Positions 1 through 10,775 of a stretch of 64,000 bases of DNA are shown here, in pieces (position 1 is the stretch's first letter; each line of letters starts with the position of its first letter). The stretch spans positions 120,902,001-120,966,000 of the forward strand of contig NW_024704742.1 of the NCBI RefSeq assembly GCF_018977255.1, given 5' to 3'. The position numbers were made by a program, and so were the translations under genes. This DNA is from Callorhinchus milii. Lineage: Eukaryota. Under the pieces are notes generated by a model. It had not been told where the DNA came from and did not search any database. It was given only the letters and a program-made list of their open reading frames with translations.

Positions 1-1249
1 ATAATTGCACCAAAGAAGCAGATTGGGGAAGGGTTGGGTGGGGGGGAGGGGAGGTGCTTCAGAATAAAAGCCTCTGGTGGTATTATTCAGCTCTTATGCT
101 AGATTTCTAGTACCTCTTACCATGGAAAAGAATGTGAAACACTGTAGAAAGTTTTTTTATGCTCTTGTATCTAAAAACTAATAGAATTACTCTGAAAATA
201 AGTATACAATATACATTTGTATAGCGCCTTTCACATCAGGAGGACAGCTCAAAGGAGGACTATTCTTTCTGGTTTACTTTTACACAGAAGCATGGCAATG
301 ACAAGGAGGAGAGCTTATTGAAAGAAATTCTAAATACCAAGGGCAGGGCAAGGCTGCCTGCGCTTATTTTTAAATGTTCGAAGGCCGGGCTCCTGACTGG
401 AAATTATTTTCCTGCACTTAAGGGTACATGATTCAGCAGTAAGCCTGCTCTTATATGCAGATGATTCTATTGGCATATCTCAGAAATCTATTGGGTTAAG
501 AGAGGCTTTTAGATGCCAAGGTTGATTTTGGTAATAAATGGAGATTAGAAGTAATTAAATGCAGATCCAGATCTTTTGTTTGTTCAAAAGAAGTAAAAGG
601 TCTTTTACTGGAGAGAAGAAGATGAAAGCAGTGATGCATTTTGAGGACAATAATACAAAACAGAGCTCAAGCCGTCAAGCAAATTTCGTGATCGGTTACT
701 CCACGGCTGACTGTTACCAGCTACTCCCTTGGGATCGCTGCCATTTCTTTGGTCATCTGAAACCAACTGTGGTTCTATTAAACATCTTGTGCTGTACAAT
801 AATCATTCCACTAAACTTAATTAGTACAATTTCACAATGCTAGAAAATGATGGCATACCTACAATTTTCAAATGACATGAAACGCATAATATTTAATAAA
901 TGTAGGTGTCAAACACTTAATCTAATATAAATGATGATCATTTAGTAAGACAAGTCTTATACCCCTTTGATAACGGGTTCTTTTACCTGCACTTGACAAT
1001 TTATATTTTCTAATTAATGAATACGACAAAAGACATTTGTATCATCCTTAACTGTCAGTTATTTTAATGATTGACCATCAAACTAAAGTAATCCCAAAAA
1101 CCATGATCGCTTTGAATATTCAAGTTGCAGTGCATTGGAATAATCTCTAAGAAACAGCAGTCAGACCAAAGCTGACAACAACTGTGTTAAATATTTATTT
1201 TTATTTAAAAAAATTACTGTGCAAACCAGCCACAAGGATAAGGATTTGT

Positions 1250-1410
1250 CTCACTCATCTCCTGTTAACCCTGCAAGCCAAAGCCCAAACATAGTGTGGT
1301 CCTAGCTGGCCAAGCAGTGGGAAAGCTCGACAGGCAGTGCTTTTTCCCGGGAGGGAGTGCACATTCCATTCCAAACAGCGGGATTTCCGTGTGAAGGCGG
1401 CATGCATGGT
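1250..1410 (-). repeat. Unclassified interspersed repeat, copy C (internally deleted)
   Basis: ctcctgttaaccctgcaagccaaagccc...cctagctggccaagcag matches 37061-37120. Confidence 0.7.
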
Positions 1411-1751
1411 TATATACTCTTAAATACAATATGATGAAGGGTTTCCACATACATTAGACACCAAAAACAAGAGTGAATGAGGAATCAATAGCAAAAAAAA
1501 CTATTCTGTGGCGTAGGCTGCTCATACTCAAATCATTACGTGCAACGAGCTTCTGAATAACTACGCATCTGAGATCTTGATCTTATTTCCCCCAAATTCA
1601 TAAAGTCTAAAAGCTAGTTGCCATTATACTAAATTACAATGGGACTTGTACTTTCTTGAAGTATATATATTTGTATTTGCATTGGAGACTACATTTCAAC
1701 ACCAACAGATGGGAGAGTTACAATGCAACATGTCTTTAAATGTCTACTTAC

Positions 1752-1836
1752 CAGCTTCTTCCTCTTGTCCTGTTCAGTTGGTGGCTCTTCATCTTCACTC
1801 ACCTTATGGTCTTCATAATGTGACATCACCATACAA
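1752..1836 (-). CDS. IPO11: Importin-11 penultimate-type coding exon ((D)CMVMSHYEDHKVSEDEEPPTEQDKRKKL), phase 2-0
   Basis: Matches IPO11 DCMLMSHLEEPKVTEDEEPPTEQDKRKKM. Acceptor catag, donor gtaagt, 85 nt. The terminal exon (LALKDPVH...) was not found in 1-1751. Confidence 0.95.
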
Positions 1837-2329
1837 CTATGTTCAAAGAATAAAATGAGAACAATTGAACCATTTCAATTACTATGGGGAGTATTTATTG
1901 GTCCAAAATGTACAACTCTTTTGTACAAATGAGCAGGATCTCATGGCTGAGTATGTTCATCTCAAACAGCAGTGGCTGAATGTCACAACAGCAGGGCCCC
2001 AACATGATAAGCTTCTTTATAGCATAAATTGAGTTAATGTAGTTGCACTATGGACTACGTTTCTGCACAAAAAGAACAGGCGATTTTCAAGACAACAGGT
2101 CGTTGCCACCATCACTTTCTACTTTGCTTAGCAAATAGGAAGTGAAGCGGGTTGATGGCCCAGAATTCGGTCATTTGTTTTGAACAGGAACCAACCAGCA
2201 AAAACTTCTTCTAAAAAGGAAGACACTAGGTTGGCAAGCAAAGAAAAAAATTACATTAAAAAATAAATGGGCATTTGACAAGTGTTGATTTACAATAATA
2301 TATTTCACCACTTCACTGTAATTACTTAT

Positions 2330-2388
2330 TCTATAATATATAATAATATATAATATATATATAATATATAATACAATAATATATAATA
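2330..2388. repeat. AT-only low-complexity tract ((TAATA)n-like)
   Basis: tataatatataataatatataatatatatataatatataatac. Confidence 0.85.
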
Positions 2389-2579
2389 TGCAGTTTCAAG
2401 TTCTCAGAACATTTTCTATCAGTGATAAAAGCAATATTACAAAGTCCCACTTATTTCTTTTAACTTTCTTATCTAGCATCAGGAAAGTGAATAGAATGAA
2501 AGCAAAGCAATTGTGCAAATTAATTCTCCTGAACACTGCACTTCTGTAGCACATTTACTTTAACAATAGTTATATATTG

Positions 2580-2935
2580 ATTTCAAGATCCTCTCACTCG
2601 TTTTCAAATCCCTTCATGCCCTCGCACCTCCCTATCTATCCACCAGCTGCTGCCGCCGCTCGGCTGGCTCAGGCTTCCTGTTTGTCCCTTGTCCCCTCCG
2701 TTCCACCATCGGTGGCCATGCCTTCAGCCACTACGGCCTGAAACTCTGGAACTCTCTCCCTCAATTCCTCTGCCTTGCCCCCTCCCTCCCCGCCTAAGGA
2801 CCTTCCTTTTTGATTGTGTTTATGGTCACCTCCTACTCCCTCTCCCCCTGGCTCGGTGGTGTCAGATTCCACCACTGACAAGCAGTCCAGTACGCTACCC
2901 CGTGAGAAGGGCGCTAATAAATGCAAGTTGTTGCA
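2580..2935 (+). mobile_element. Decayed L2 3' end
   Basis: ttcaagatcctc...ccttcatgccctcgcacctccctatct...ctctggaactctctccc, with tail gggcgctaataaatgcaagttgttg. Confidence 0.8.
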
Positions 2936-3999
2936 TTTACAATTATGCAGAAGTGCTCACAGTGATTGATGCTTATTTACTGCATCTGATCCCTCATCAA
3001 AACTGGCTTCTTCTAGCTATGGAACAGTGTCCACTGATAAACATGTGACTAAAACCATTACCTATGGCTCTGCTATCTCCAAGATAAAATTCTGCAATGC
3101 TCTCCTCACTAGCCTCCCACACTTTAACTCAACCAGAATTCTGTGATCTGAGTTCAGTGAAGCTTCTGTGCTGGTACTGTCCTGGAATGGCTTCACTGCT
3201 ATCCTGTAGCTCAACAGATCAATTTTAAGCTCCTCATTTATAAATCTCTTCACATCCTTCCTCCACCTTACCCGTGCAATCAATTTTAGCTTTTTTCTCC
3301 ACTTTCTTATATTTACAATTGCACGGAAGTGAGGTTTGCATTGCTGTGATAAACATTTTCACTCTCCATTTTTTCTGATTCTGGTTCACCTGCCATGCCT
3401 CATTACCTTCAATCTGTAATAGGAGCCTGAAATGGCAATTTCTGTCTCTTCCCGAATGAAAATTCAGTACAACAACGATAACATGCATTTGTTCCACGCG
3501 GAAGAGTGTTTTAGGATGCTTAACAGTGACAGAGCTTAATGCTTGGCCGAGAAAAGGTGATCATAAGCACGGTCAAAGAGAAACATGGCCTTCAGTACAA
3601 TAGAACTCCATTAAAATGTGCTTTGTTATAATGGGTTAAATTATCTCATGACTGGGCTATTGACCATGACATCGATCTATCTACACAGAAAGCTGTCTGG
3701 CACACTTCAAATTGCTTTGTTAAACTTCAAAGCACTGACTGCCTTCCTGGGCGATAAACAATAGCTGGCTTCACAAGTTATCAGGTTGCCACCGAAGTCA
3801 CTTCCTTTATAAGAGATCAGGAAACAACACTGGCAACAAGCTGAAGACCCGGAATTCAGGCATTTGTTAGCGCAGGAAGCTGGCCATAAGACAGGAAGCC
3901 AACTTGTGCAAGGAATGCAGAAGTGCTGACCAGCATTCACACTATGTTTTAAGGCAGGTTGGGATTTTATCAACAACATAGACACAAACCATTACTTAC

Positions 4000-4095
4000 T
4001 CTTTATATGTTCTTGTGTCTGGATCGTCCGACATGACGTCATGTAATGCTTCCACGCAAATGTTTATGATCCCACAGAACTTATCTTGAATAACA
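4000..4095 (-). CDS. IPO11: Importin-11 coding exon ((S)VIQDKFCGIINICVEALHDVMSDDPDTRTYK(D)), phase 2-2
   Basis: Matches IPO11 SVIQDKFCGIINISVEGLHDVM. Acceptor cttacag, donor gtaagt, 96 nt; phase fits the 37458 exon. Confidence 0.95.
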
Positions 4096-6074
4096 CTGTA
4101 AGAGAGCAGGAAACAGGTTTAATTGGGCCAGCTTTACAAACTTGCCAGCAAGAAGCCTGCTCTGAAGGAAAACAAAAGAGACAGCTGAGCCTCTGCACTC
4201 AGAATATTTTAAAACCTTATGTTGCTTTAATCACATGGTCAGTACCTTTCGTTAAGGTTTGCTCTGTAGTGTAATTGAATCAATTAGCAATGGACCAACT
4301 GCTTTGATATACTTAACATTTATCTTCACTCAATGAATAATTATAAGACAATGGATTTTATTCTATTTGTCTGATTTTGTCACTGGGCTAATTTTTAAAA
4401 GAATCCAAATAACATGTAATAAATATACAACTGTTTGCCAGTATTTTCTCAAGTGAAGAGATCTGGCAGGACTCATTACAATGTCCATCCCTCCAGCAGC
4501 ATGATTATGAGTAATCAAGATTGACAGATATCTCTAACCATTTTGTGAAATGTTAAAAATGTCACAAAAAATTATAATGAGTTAAAGATAATTTGTTATT
4601 TTTTAAGAAATAATGAAACTGCACAGATAAACTCTTAAAACAGCAGACTGCATGTCCAGTCAGTGTACTTAGTCAGTGTGCTTAATCGATCATGGGTCGA
4701 TCATAAGTCTGTTGATTATTCATGCAGACTGCTGTTTTAAGACTATATAAAATATACAGTCTTAAAACAGATATTTGCTGTTTTAAAACTACCTGTAAAA
4801 TACAGTCAATTCACTTTACAGTATATCCTGCAAAGTGCTTTGAGACGTCTCAATGACATGATAAGATGCTATATCAAACGCAAGGATTATTATTATGTAC
4901 AAAATCCACAGTACCAAGAGTGGTAGAAAAATATGGGAACTGTAGTGCATTATGATTTCCTTCCACAAGCTAAACTAATTTTTTCTTTAATAACACAAGC
5001 AAGAGCATTATGCCATAATTAAGGATGAATATTTGGATGACATTTAAATTAATATAGTGAGAAGATTGGATGCTCATTAAAATACAAGTGACTATTTCTA
5101 TATTTACAACCACGCAAACAAAAATCTCCCATTCAAACCAACTGATTCTTAGATTAGGGAAACAGACTGCCTGTCATTTTCATGTTGTGAGAATAAAAAG
5201 GGAATAAATTAAAAAGGTAATTGGGTAAACATTTAAGATGTACAATCAAACTCATTCTGGGAAAGAGCAAGGAATTGAGATTAGTTAGTGAAAGAGCTGG
5301 TACCAGCATAAGGACAATGGACTGAATGGTCTCTTCCTGTGCTGTAATTTCTATGATATTATCAATTAAAAACAAACCACAAACTTTCAATGCTCAAGGA
5401 TGCTACTTTCTCTTTAAAGGGAAAGACATCCAGATATACTATTAAACATTTAATAGTTTAAATGTGGTGCTCTTCACAGTAGTCACACAGTGTAATGACC
5501 GAGAATCAACAGCATCTTTGACAAATGTTGGAACAAAAGCCCGATGAAATGTAAGATCAATTTGCAGTTCCAACTTCGTTAACTGGACAAAAACAAAGCA
5601 TTATAAACTACTTGTCAGGAAATATCTGCAAGACATGGGAAACAGAATTCAAACAATAAAACTTATAATGAACCTTGCTAGACTTAAACATTTTAATTTG
5701 ATGCTTGTATTTGCTTATATTGACTGCAATTTACGTTGGATTCTGTGAAACGCTTTCAGTGGCCAAATGTGACTATATTAAATGCAAGGACTATATATAT
5801 TTATTACAGGATGTAAAACCTGAACTAATAGGTAACAATGAAAAGGAAATGAACATTAAATATTAATAGAGCTTCCTGGGCAGTGCAAAATAAGAAATGT
5901 AATAAATCTAGCTTAAACTCGTGAATAAAATGACAAACCAAACTGAGCATCTTTGATTGTATTTATCCCACCACCAATATTTAACCAGAATCTACAACTT
6001 CTCTGAACTATCTGCTCTCTGCTTATTTAACATTCATTACAGAACTTACAGATATCACAGCTGGTCCCACAGAG

Positions 6075-7800
6075 ACAACATGATTGCATTTATAGAGCGC
6101 CTTTCACGTCGGGAGGACGTCCCAAGGCGCTGGACAGTTGGGTCGGGACCCGAGCAGGGGGGAAATGGTCAGGGTGAGGGGAGGGAGCGAGGAGGGGGTA
6201 GAGAGTCGAGAGGGCAGCTGAAGGCACAGTTGAAGAGAAAGGTCTTGAGACCGGCCTTGGAGGAGGAAAGGGAGGAAGCAAGGCGAAGGCACTGGGGGAT
6301 GGAGTTCCGGAGCCTAGGGGCTGAAAGCCCGGCCACTGATGGTAGGGAGGTTAGGATGGGGGATGTGGAGCAGACTGAAGCCAGAGGAACGGAGGGTACG
6401 GGCAGGTAAGTAGGGGGATAGTAGGTCAGAGAGGTAGGAGGGTGCAAGACCATGAATGGCCTTGTAGGTGAGGATGAGGATCTTGAATTCGATCCTATGG
6501 GGGATGGGGAGCCAGTGGAGGCGAGCGAGGGTGGGAGTGATGTGGTCGCGAAGCCTGGTGCGGGACAGTACACGGCACAAGCTGCAGAATTCTGAATGAC
6601 CTGCAGCTTGTGGAGGGAGGTGCCGGGAAGGCCGACGAGAAGAGAGTTCCCGTAGTCCAGCCTTGAGGTGATAAAGGTGTGGACCAGGGTTTCAGCAGCG
6701 TGAGGGGTGAGGTAGTGCCGTAGTCTGGCGATGTTCCGGAGGTGGTGGAAGGCGGTGCTAGTTGTGGCGCGGATGTGGGGAAGAAAGGACAACTCAGGGT
6801 CGAACAGAACACCGAGGTTCCTGACTGTCTTTGAGAGGTGGAGAGTGCAGCCTTGGATGCTGATGCTGTCAGCGCCTGAGGGGTGGAGGCGCTGACGTGA
6901 GGCAGACTGAAAGGACATCGGTGGTCGTGGAGTTGATGGTAGAAGAGGAAAGGTAAAGTTGGGTGTCATCTGCATACATGTGGAAGTTAACCCCATGTCC
7001 GCAGATGATGTCACCAAGGGGGAGCATATAGACGGTGAAGAGGAGGGGACCGAGGACAGAGCCCTGAGGGACACCACACGAGACAGTGCGGGGGCTGGAG
7101 GAAAAGCCATTTGCAGAGACAAAATGAAGACTGTGGGAGTGGTAGGACCTAAACCACTCAAGGACAGGGCCTTGAAGGTTGAGGTGGGAGGACAAGCGGT
7201 GGAGGAGGATAGAGTGGTCGACCATATCGAGTGCGGCCGATAGGTCGAGGAGGCAGAGGGAGCCCTGGTCGCAGATGGTCAAGATGTCATTAGTGACCAT
7301 GACCAGGGCGGTTTCTGTGCTATGGGCAGCACGGAAACCCGACTGGAGGGATTCAAAAGGTGAGTGGGTGGAGAAGAAAGAGCGTAGCTGGGAGGCGACG
7401 ACTCTTTCGAGAACCTTGGACAGGAAGGGGAGGTTGGAGATGGGCCGGTAGCTTGATAGCTGCGACGCATCAAGGGAGGGTTTTTNCAATGTGGGAGTGA
7501 TGGTGGCAGTTTTGAGGGGAATGGGAACAGAGCCAGAGATGAGGGACAGGTTAATGGTGTCTGTGAGAAGTGGAGCAAGGAGGTGGAGCTGGGAGATAAG
7601 GAGTGGAGTGGGGATGGGGTCCAGGGAGCAGGTGGTGGGTTTCAGGGACAGATGAGTTTGGTGAGAGGGTGGGGAAACGGGTTCGAAAGTGCGTAGGGGA
7701 GGATGGGTAGGAGTCGGAGTGTGGGAGGGAAGGGGTGGGGGGTGGGTGGAAGTTGGAGGGGCAGTGACCGCGGAGCGGATTCCCTCCGCTCCGTGGGAGT
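6075..7800 (-). mobile_element. L2-clade LINE, 5'-truncated and frameshifted ORF2 (RT) with 3' tail
   Basis: ORFs 6869..7816 and 6169..7161 contain [39 protein letters not shown] and SRLDYGN. The 3' end gggacgtcctcccgacgtgaaaggcgct is followed by a (tgt)n-like tail. Confidence 0.93.
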
Positions 7801-8896
7801 AGTGTATGTTTCGCAAGTGCTATTGCCAGTAAAAGTTTAGCAGGAGTTAACCCCAGAATTCTTAACAAGGATTTGTTACAAGGATGGAGTTAGCATACCA
7901 ACAGCTCCTCCATTCTTGTGACAAAAAAGATCACCATTCTCTGGGTTCACTGCAGTTCAGCTTTTGGCTGCTTCCTAAAGCAATCCCACTTTCAAGCTGC
8001 TTTAATACTGTATGTTTGGCAGTCGTCACCAGGATTTCGGCGTGAACCATGAAAACACAATCATCCCTTTCTGGAGTGAGGTGCATATGCTAAACAGCTG
8101 GTATATAGATTAGGCCTCCTGCTCCACATTGCCCTACTGCTCAAGTGAGATTACTTTGCTCCCAGCTGTATACACACAGCAAGATAAGTTTTTCCACGAA
8201 GGAATGAACAATTCTGTTGGTGGTACACCTCAAAATGACATCTGATTAGATTACATTATAAATTTCAGACGTTGAGAGGACTGCCTCTCTTGACTGGATA
8301 TTTTGATACATTTTACATCAACTTCAAAAACAATGAGAAAGGTACATAAAAGGTTTTTATATTAATACCATTTAAGTTACAAAATAACTCTAAAAGCAGT
8401 GCCATCCTATTAAGTGCCAGGATTTGGGGCTAGGATATGATCTAGGATGGGCACTCATGCACTGGTTGGAATGGATATAGGTATGAACCGACAAAACATC
8501 AACTGGGGAATTTAATGATGTACTTTGAAACCACTCAAAAAATAACCATCTGAAAACCATTGTAGTTATGAAGGTTAATTATACATTGTACATCTAAAAA
8601 AAGCCCATGGCAATTTTTCCACACATCTTTCTCTTTGAGCTTTGTGTATTCTTGCAAATAACACATCACTTAAACAATTTTTCAAATTCTATCCAGAGTT
8701 CAATGACTTTTATCCCTGCAGTTCGAAATACATGCCCACATTGGTAGCTATTTTGCTCGTCTCTGAGCAAAAGGTGTTTATAAAAACTTGTTTGAAGGGG
8801 AAAAGCCATATACTGTAAAACATGGGTGACATATCAAAAGCTATATTTAAACAGTAAATGTGCATTAAAAGTACGTCTTTGGACGAAATCAAAAAG

Positions 8897-10711
8897 TCAT
8901 AAAACTGAATGTTCAAAGAAAATAACTTGTGATCCATTATCTGAGTCATTCATCTTGAGGAACCGAGCCTGGTCCAAATGGGGATGTGCTCCAGGTTCCG
9001 GGGGCAACTCCCGCACAGGGTCTGTCACGTGATACCGTGCATATGGGTATATGCTGTAATACTCCAGATCATTGTCTCCTTCAGCCTCAGCAAGTCTAAG
9101 TTTCTGTTGTAACTGATGCACTTTGTAGATGAGGAATACAATTGCTGTACATGCCAAGATAAAAAAGGCCAAAAGGATGTCAAAGGCTCGGTTTCCTTTT
9201 GCTAAACGCTGCTCACAGATGTATAAAGGTTTGATTGAGATGGGTGCATTGTTTGGCCCTGTGAAGATACTTAAATTAACTGATGTGTATTCAATTGGAA
9301 TCTGCACTGGTAGCCCACTTGTGAGCTTTTCAGTCCTCTCGTTTTCATTTCCAAATTCATGGAAAGTTATAGGACTTCCCTTCACCTTGAAGGCAGCATT
9401 CTGTGTATCTAATTTCACAGAGGTCATCACTATGTTAGTAGTTGAAGCTCTCTCTCTAGCATCTAGTGCCAAGGGTGCTAAAGTTGTATTGCATCTGCCA
9501 ATCTCTTTTACATTGATATTTTGCAAGGCTTTGCCACACAGTTCTAATGGACTCTGGCAACGAATGCTTACAATAAGTGAGGATGACAACAGCCAGCCAC
9601 GCAAATCAAGCAACTGACAGTTGCATTCCCAAGGATTGCCACTGACCAGCAGATGCGCCAGTGAAGCCAATGGCCTCAGGACCTCAGCACGAAGGCTTGA
9701 GAGATGATTGTTAGCCAAGTGTAGGATTTTTAAAGTAGCTGCCATCTCCACAAATGCATCAGAATCAATAGAGGTTATATTGTTGTGGGAAAGCTGCAAA
9801 TACCCGAGCCGCAAGAGTTTAAAAGATCCAGAATTAATATGAATTATGTGATTGTTATTCAATGCTAAATGCTTTAGGTTAGTCAGTGAAGCAAATCCAT
9901 TTTGTGCAAGAGTTGTTATTTTTGCATTGTCAAGGTAGAGAAATTCAAGATTTTCAAGTCCAATGAATGCAAAAGGATGGACTTGGTCAATTGGATTCTT
10001 GGATAATGCAAGTCTTTTAACGTGCTTAAGACCACCAAAAGTATGCGATGGGATCCGTGTCAAGAGGTTGCCCTGAAGATAAAGAAACTGGAGTCTTGTG
10101 AGCCGACCGAATGAGGAATTGGATATCCATGAAATTCTATTGTTTGCAAGATGCAGTGTGTGAAGATTTGGCATGTTTGCGAATGCTTCACTGCCGAGTA
10201 TGCCAAGGTGATTTTGTTCAAGGTGGAGGTATCGAATGGCAGTCAGATCAGAAAATAATCCTCCTGGAATAGAAATAATTTGATTGTGCTGCAGGTATAA
10301 ATAATGAAGTTTTGTGAGCCCTTTGAAGGTCCCTGGGTGAAAGTGCTGTATCTGATTATGATTCAAATGCAGGTAGTATAAGTTGCTGAGATCAAAAAAA
10401 GCTTGAGGGTGTACATAGACGAGACCGGTGTTATCGAGAAAAAGTGCTGACAGTCTATTAAAGCCTCGAAAGTCAGTTGGAATTAAACGGGAAATGTTAT
10501 TCCTGCTAAGGGTAATCAATGTTATGGTCTTTGGGAAATTCCGAGGAACTGATATTAAACCTAAATTGAAGCACTGAATCTGAGTCCTTGTACAGAGTTG
10601 GCAAACGAGAGTGCAGTCCAGAGCATGGCCTTGAGATAGCAGCAGAAGAAAAGCACCAAGCAGACTGACAACCTTTGGCAGGCAGCACCTGATGATGTAA
10701 TATCCAAACAT
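8897..10711 (-). CDS. LRRC70: Leucine-rich repeat-containing protein 70 (synleurin-like), 604 aa, uninterrupted CDS nested in an IPO11 intron
   Basis: Signal peptide, LRRNT (CTLVCQLC...C), about 12 LRRs, LRRCT (NPWECNC), TM segment AFDILLAFFILAC, and tail LEYYS...QVIFFEHSVL, all matching recalled LRRC70. Same-strand nesting in IPO11 is the arrangement known in mammals. Confidence 0.95.
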   Translation of the reverse strand: MFGYYIIRCCLPKVVSLLGAFLLLLSQGHALDCTLVCQLCTRTQIQCFNLGLISVPRNFPKTITLITLSRNNISRLIPTDFRGFNRLSALFLDNTGLVYVHPQAFFDLSNLYYLHLNHNQIQHFHPGTFKGLTKLHYLYLQHNQIISIPGGLFSDLTAIRYLHLEQNHLGILGSEAFANMPNLHTLHLANNRISWISNSSFGRLTRLQFLYLQGNLLTRIPSHTFGGLKHVKRLALSKNPIDQVHPFAFIGLENLEFLYLDNAKITTLAQNGFASLTNLKHLALNNNHIIHINSGSFKLLRLGYLQLSHNNITSIDSDAFVEMAATLKILHLANNHLSSLRAEVLRPLASLAHLLVSGNPWECNCQLLDLRGWLLSSSLIVSIRCQSPLELCGKALQNINVKEIGRCNTTLAPLALDARERASTTNIVMTSVKLDTQNAAFKVKGSPITFHEFGNENERTEKLTSGLPVQIPIEYTSVNLSIFTGPNNAPISIKPLYICEQRLAKGNRAFDILLAFFILACTAIVFLIYKVHQLQQKLRLAEAEGDNDLEYYSIYPYARYHVTDPVRELPPEPGAHPHLDQARFLKMNDSDNGSQVIFFEHSVL

Positions 10712-10775
10712 TTTCTTGTATTCGAGTTTTCTTTACAGCCTATTGTGTCATCAACATAAACAGACAGAATAAATT
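10712..10775 (-). other. LRRC70: Predicted splice acceptor (tag at 10740-10742) and 28-nt 5' leader of the LRRC70 coding exon
   Basis: Minus strand reads ttctgtctgtttatgttgatgacacaatag|GCTGTAAAGAAAACTCGAATACAAGAAA ATG. The pyrimidine tract is moderate. Confidence 0.55.

Noticed and set aside
6169..7816. Functional reverse transcriptase gene
   Set aside because: 5'-truncated, no endonuclease domain, split by frameshifts and deletions. It is a dead L2 copy.
9129..9617. 162-aa antisense ORF overlapping LRRC70
   Set aside because: Shadow ORF of the coding strand with no recognisable domain.
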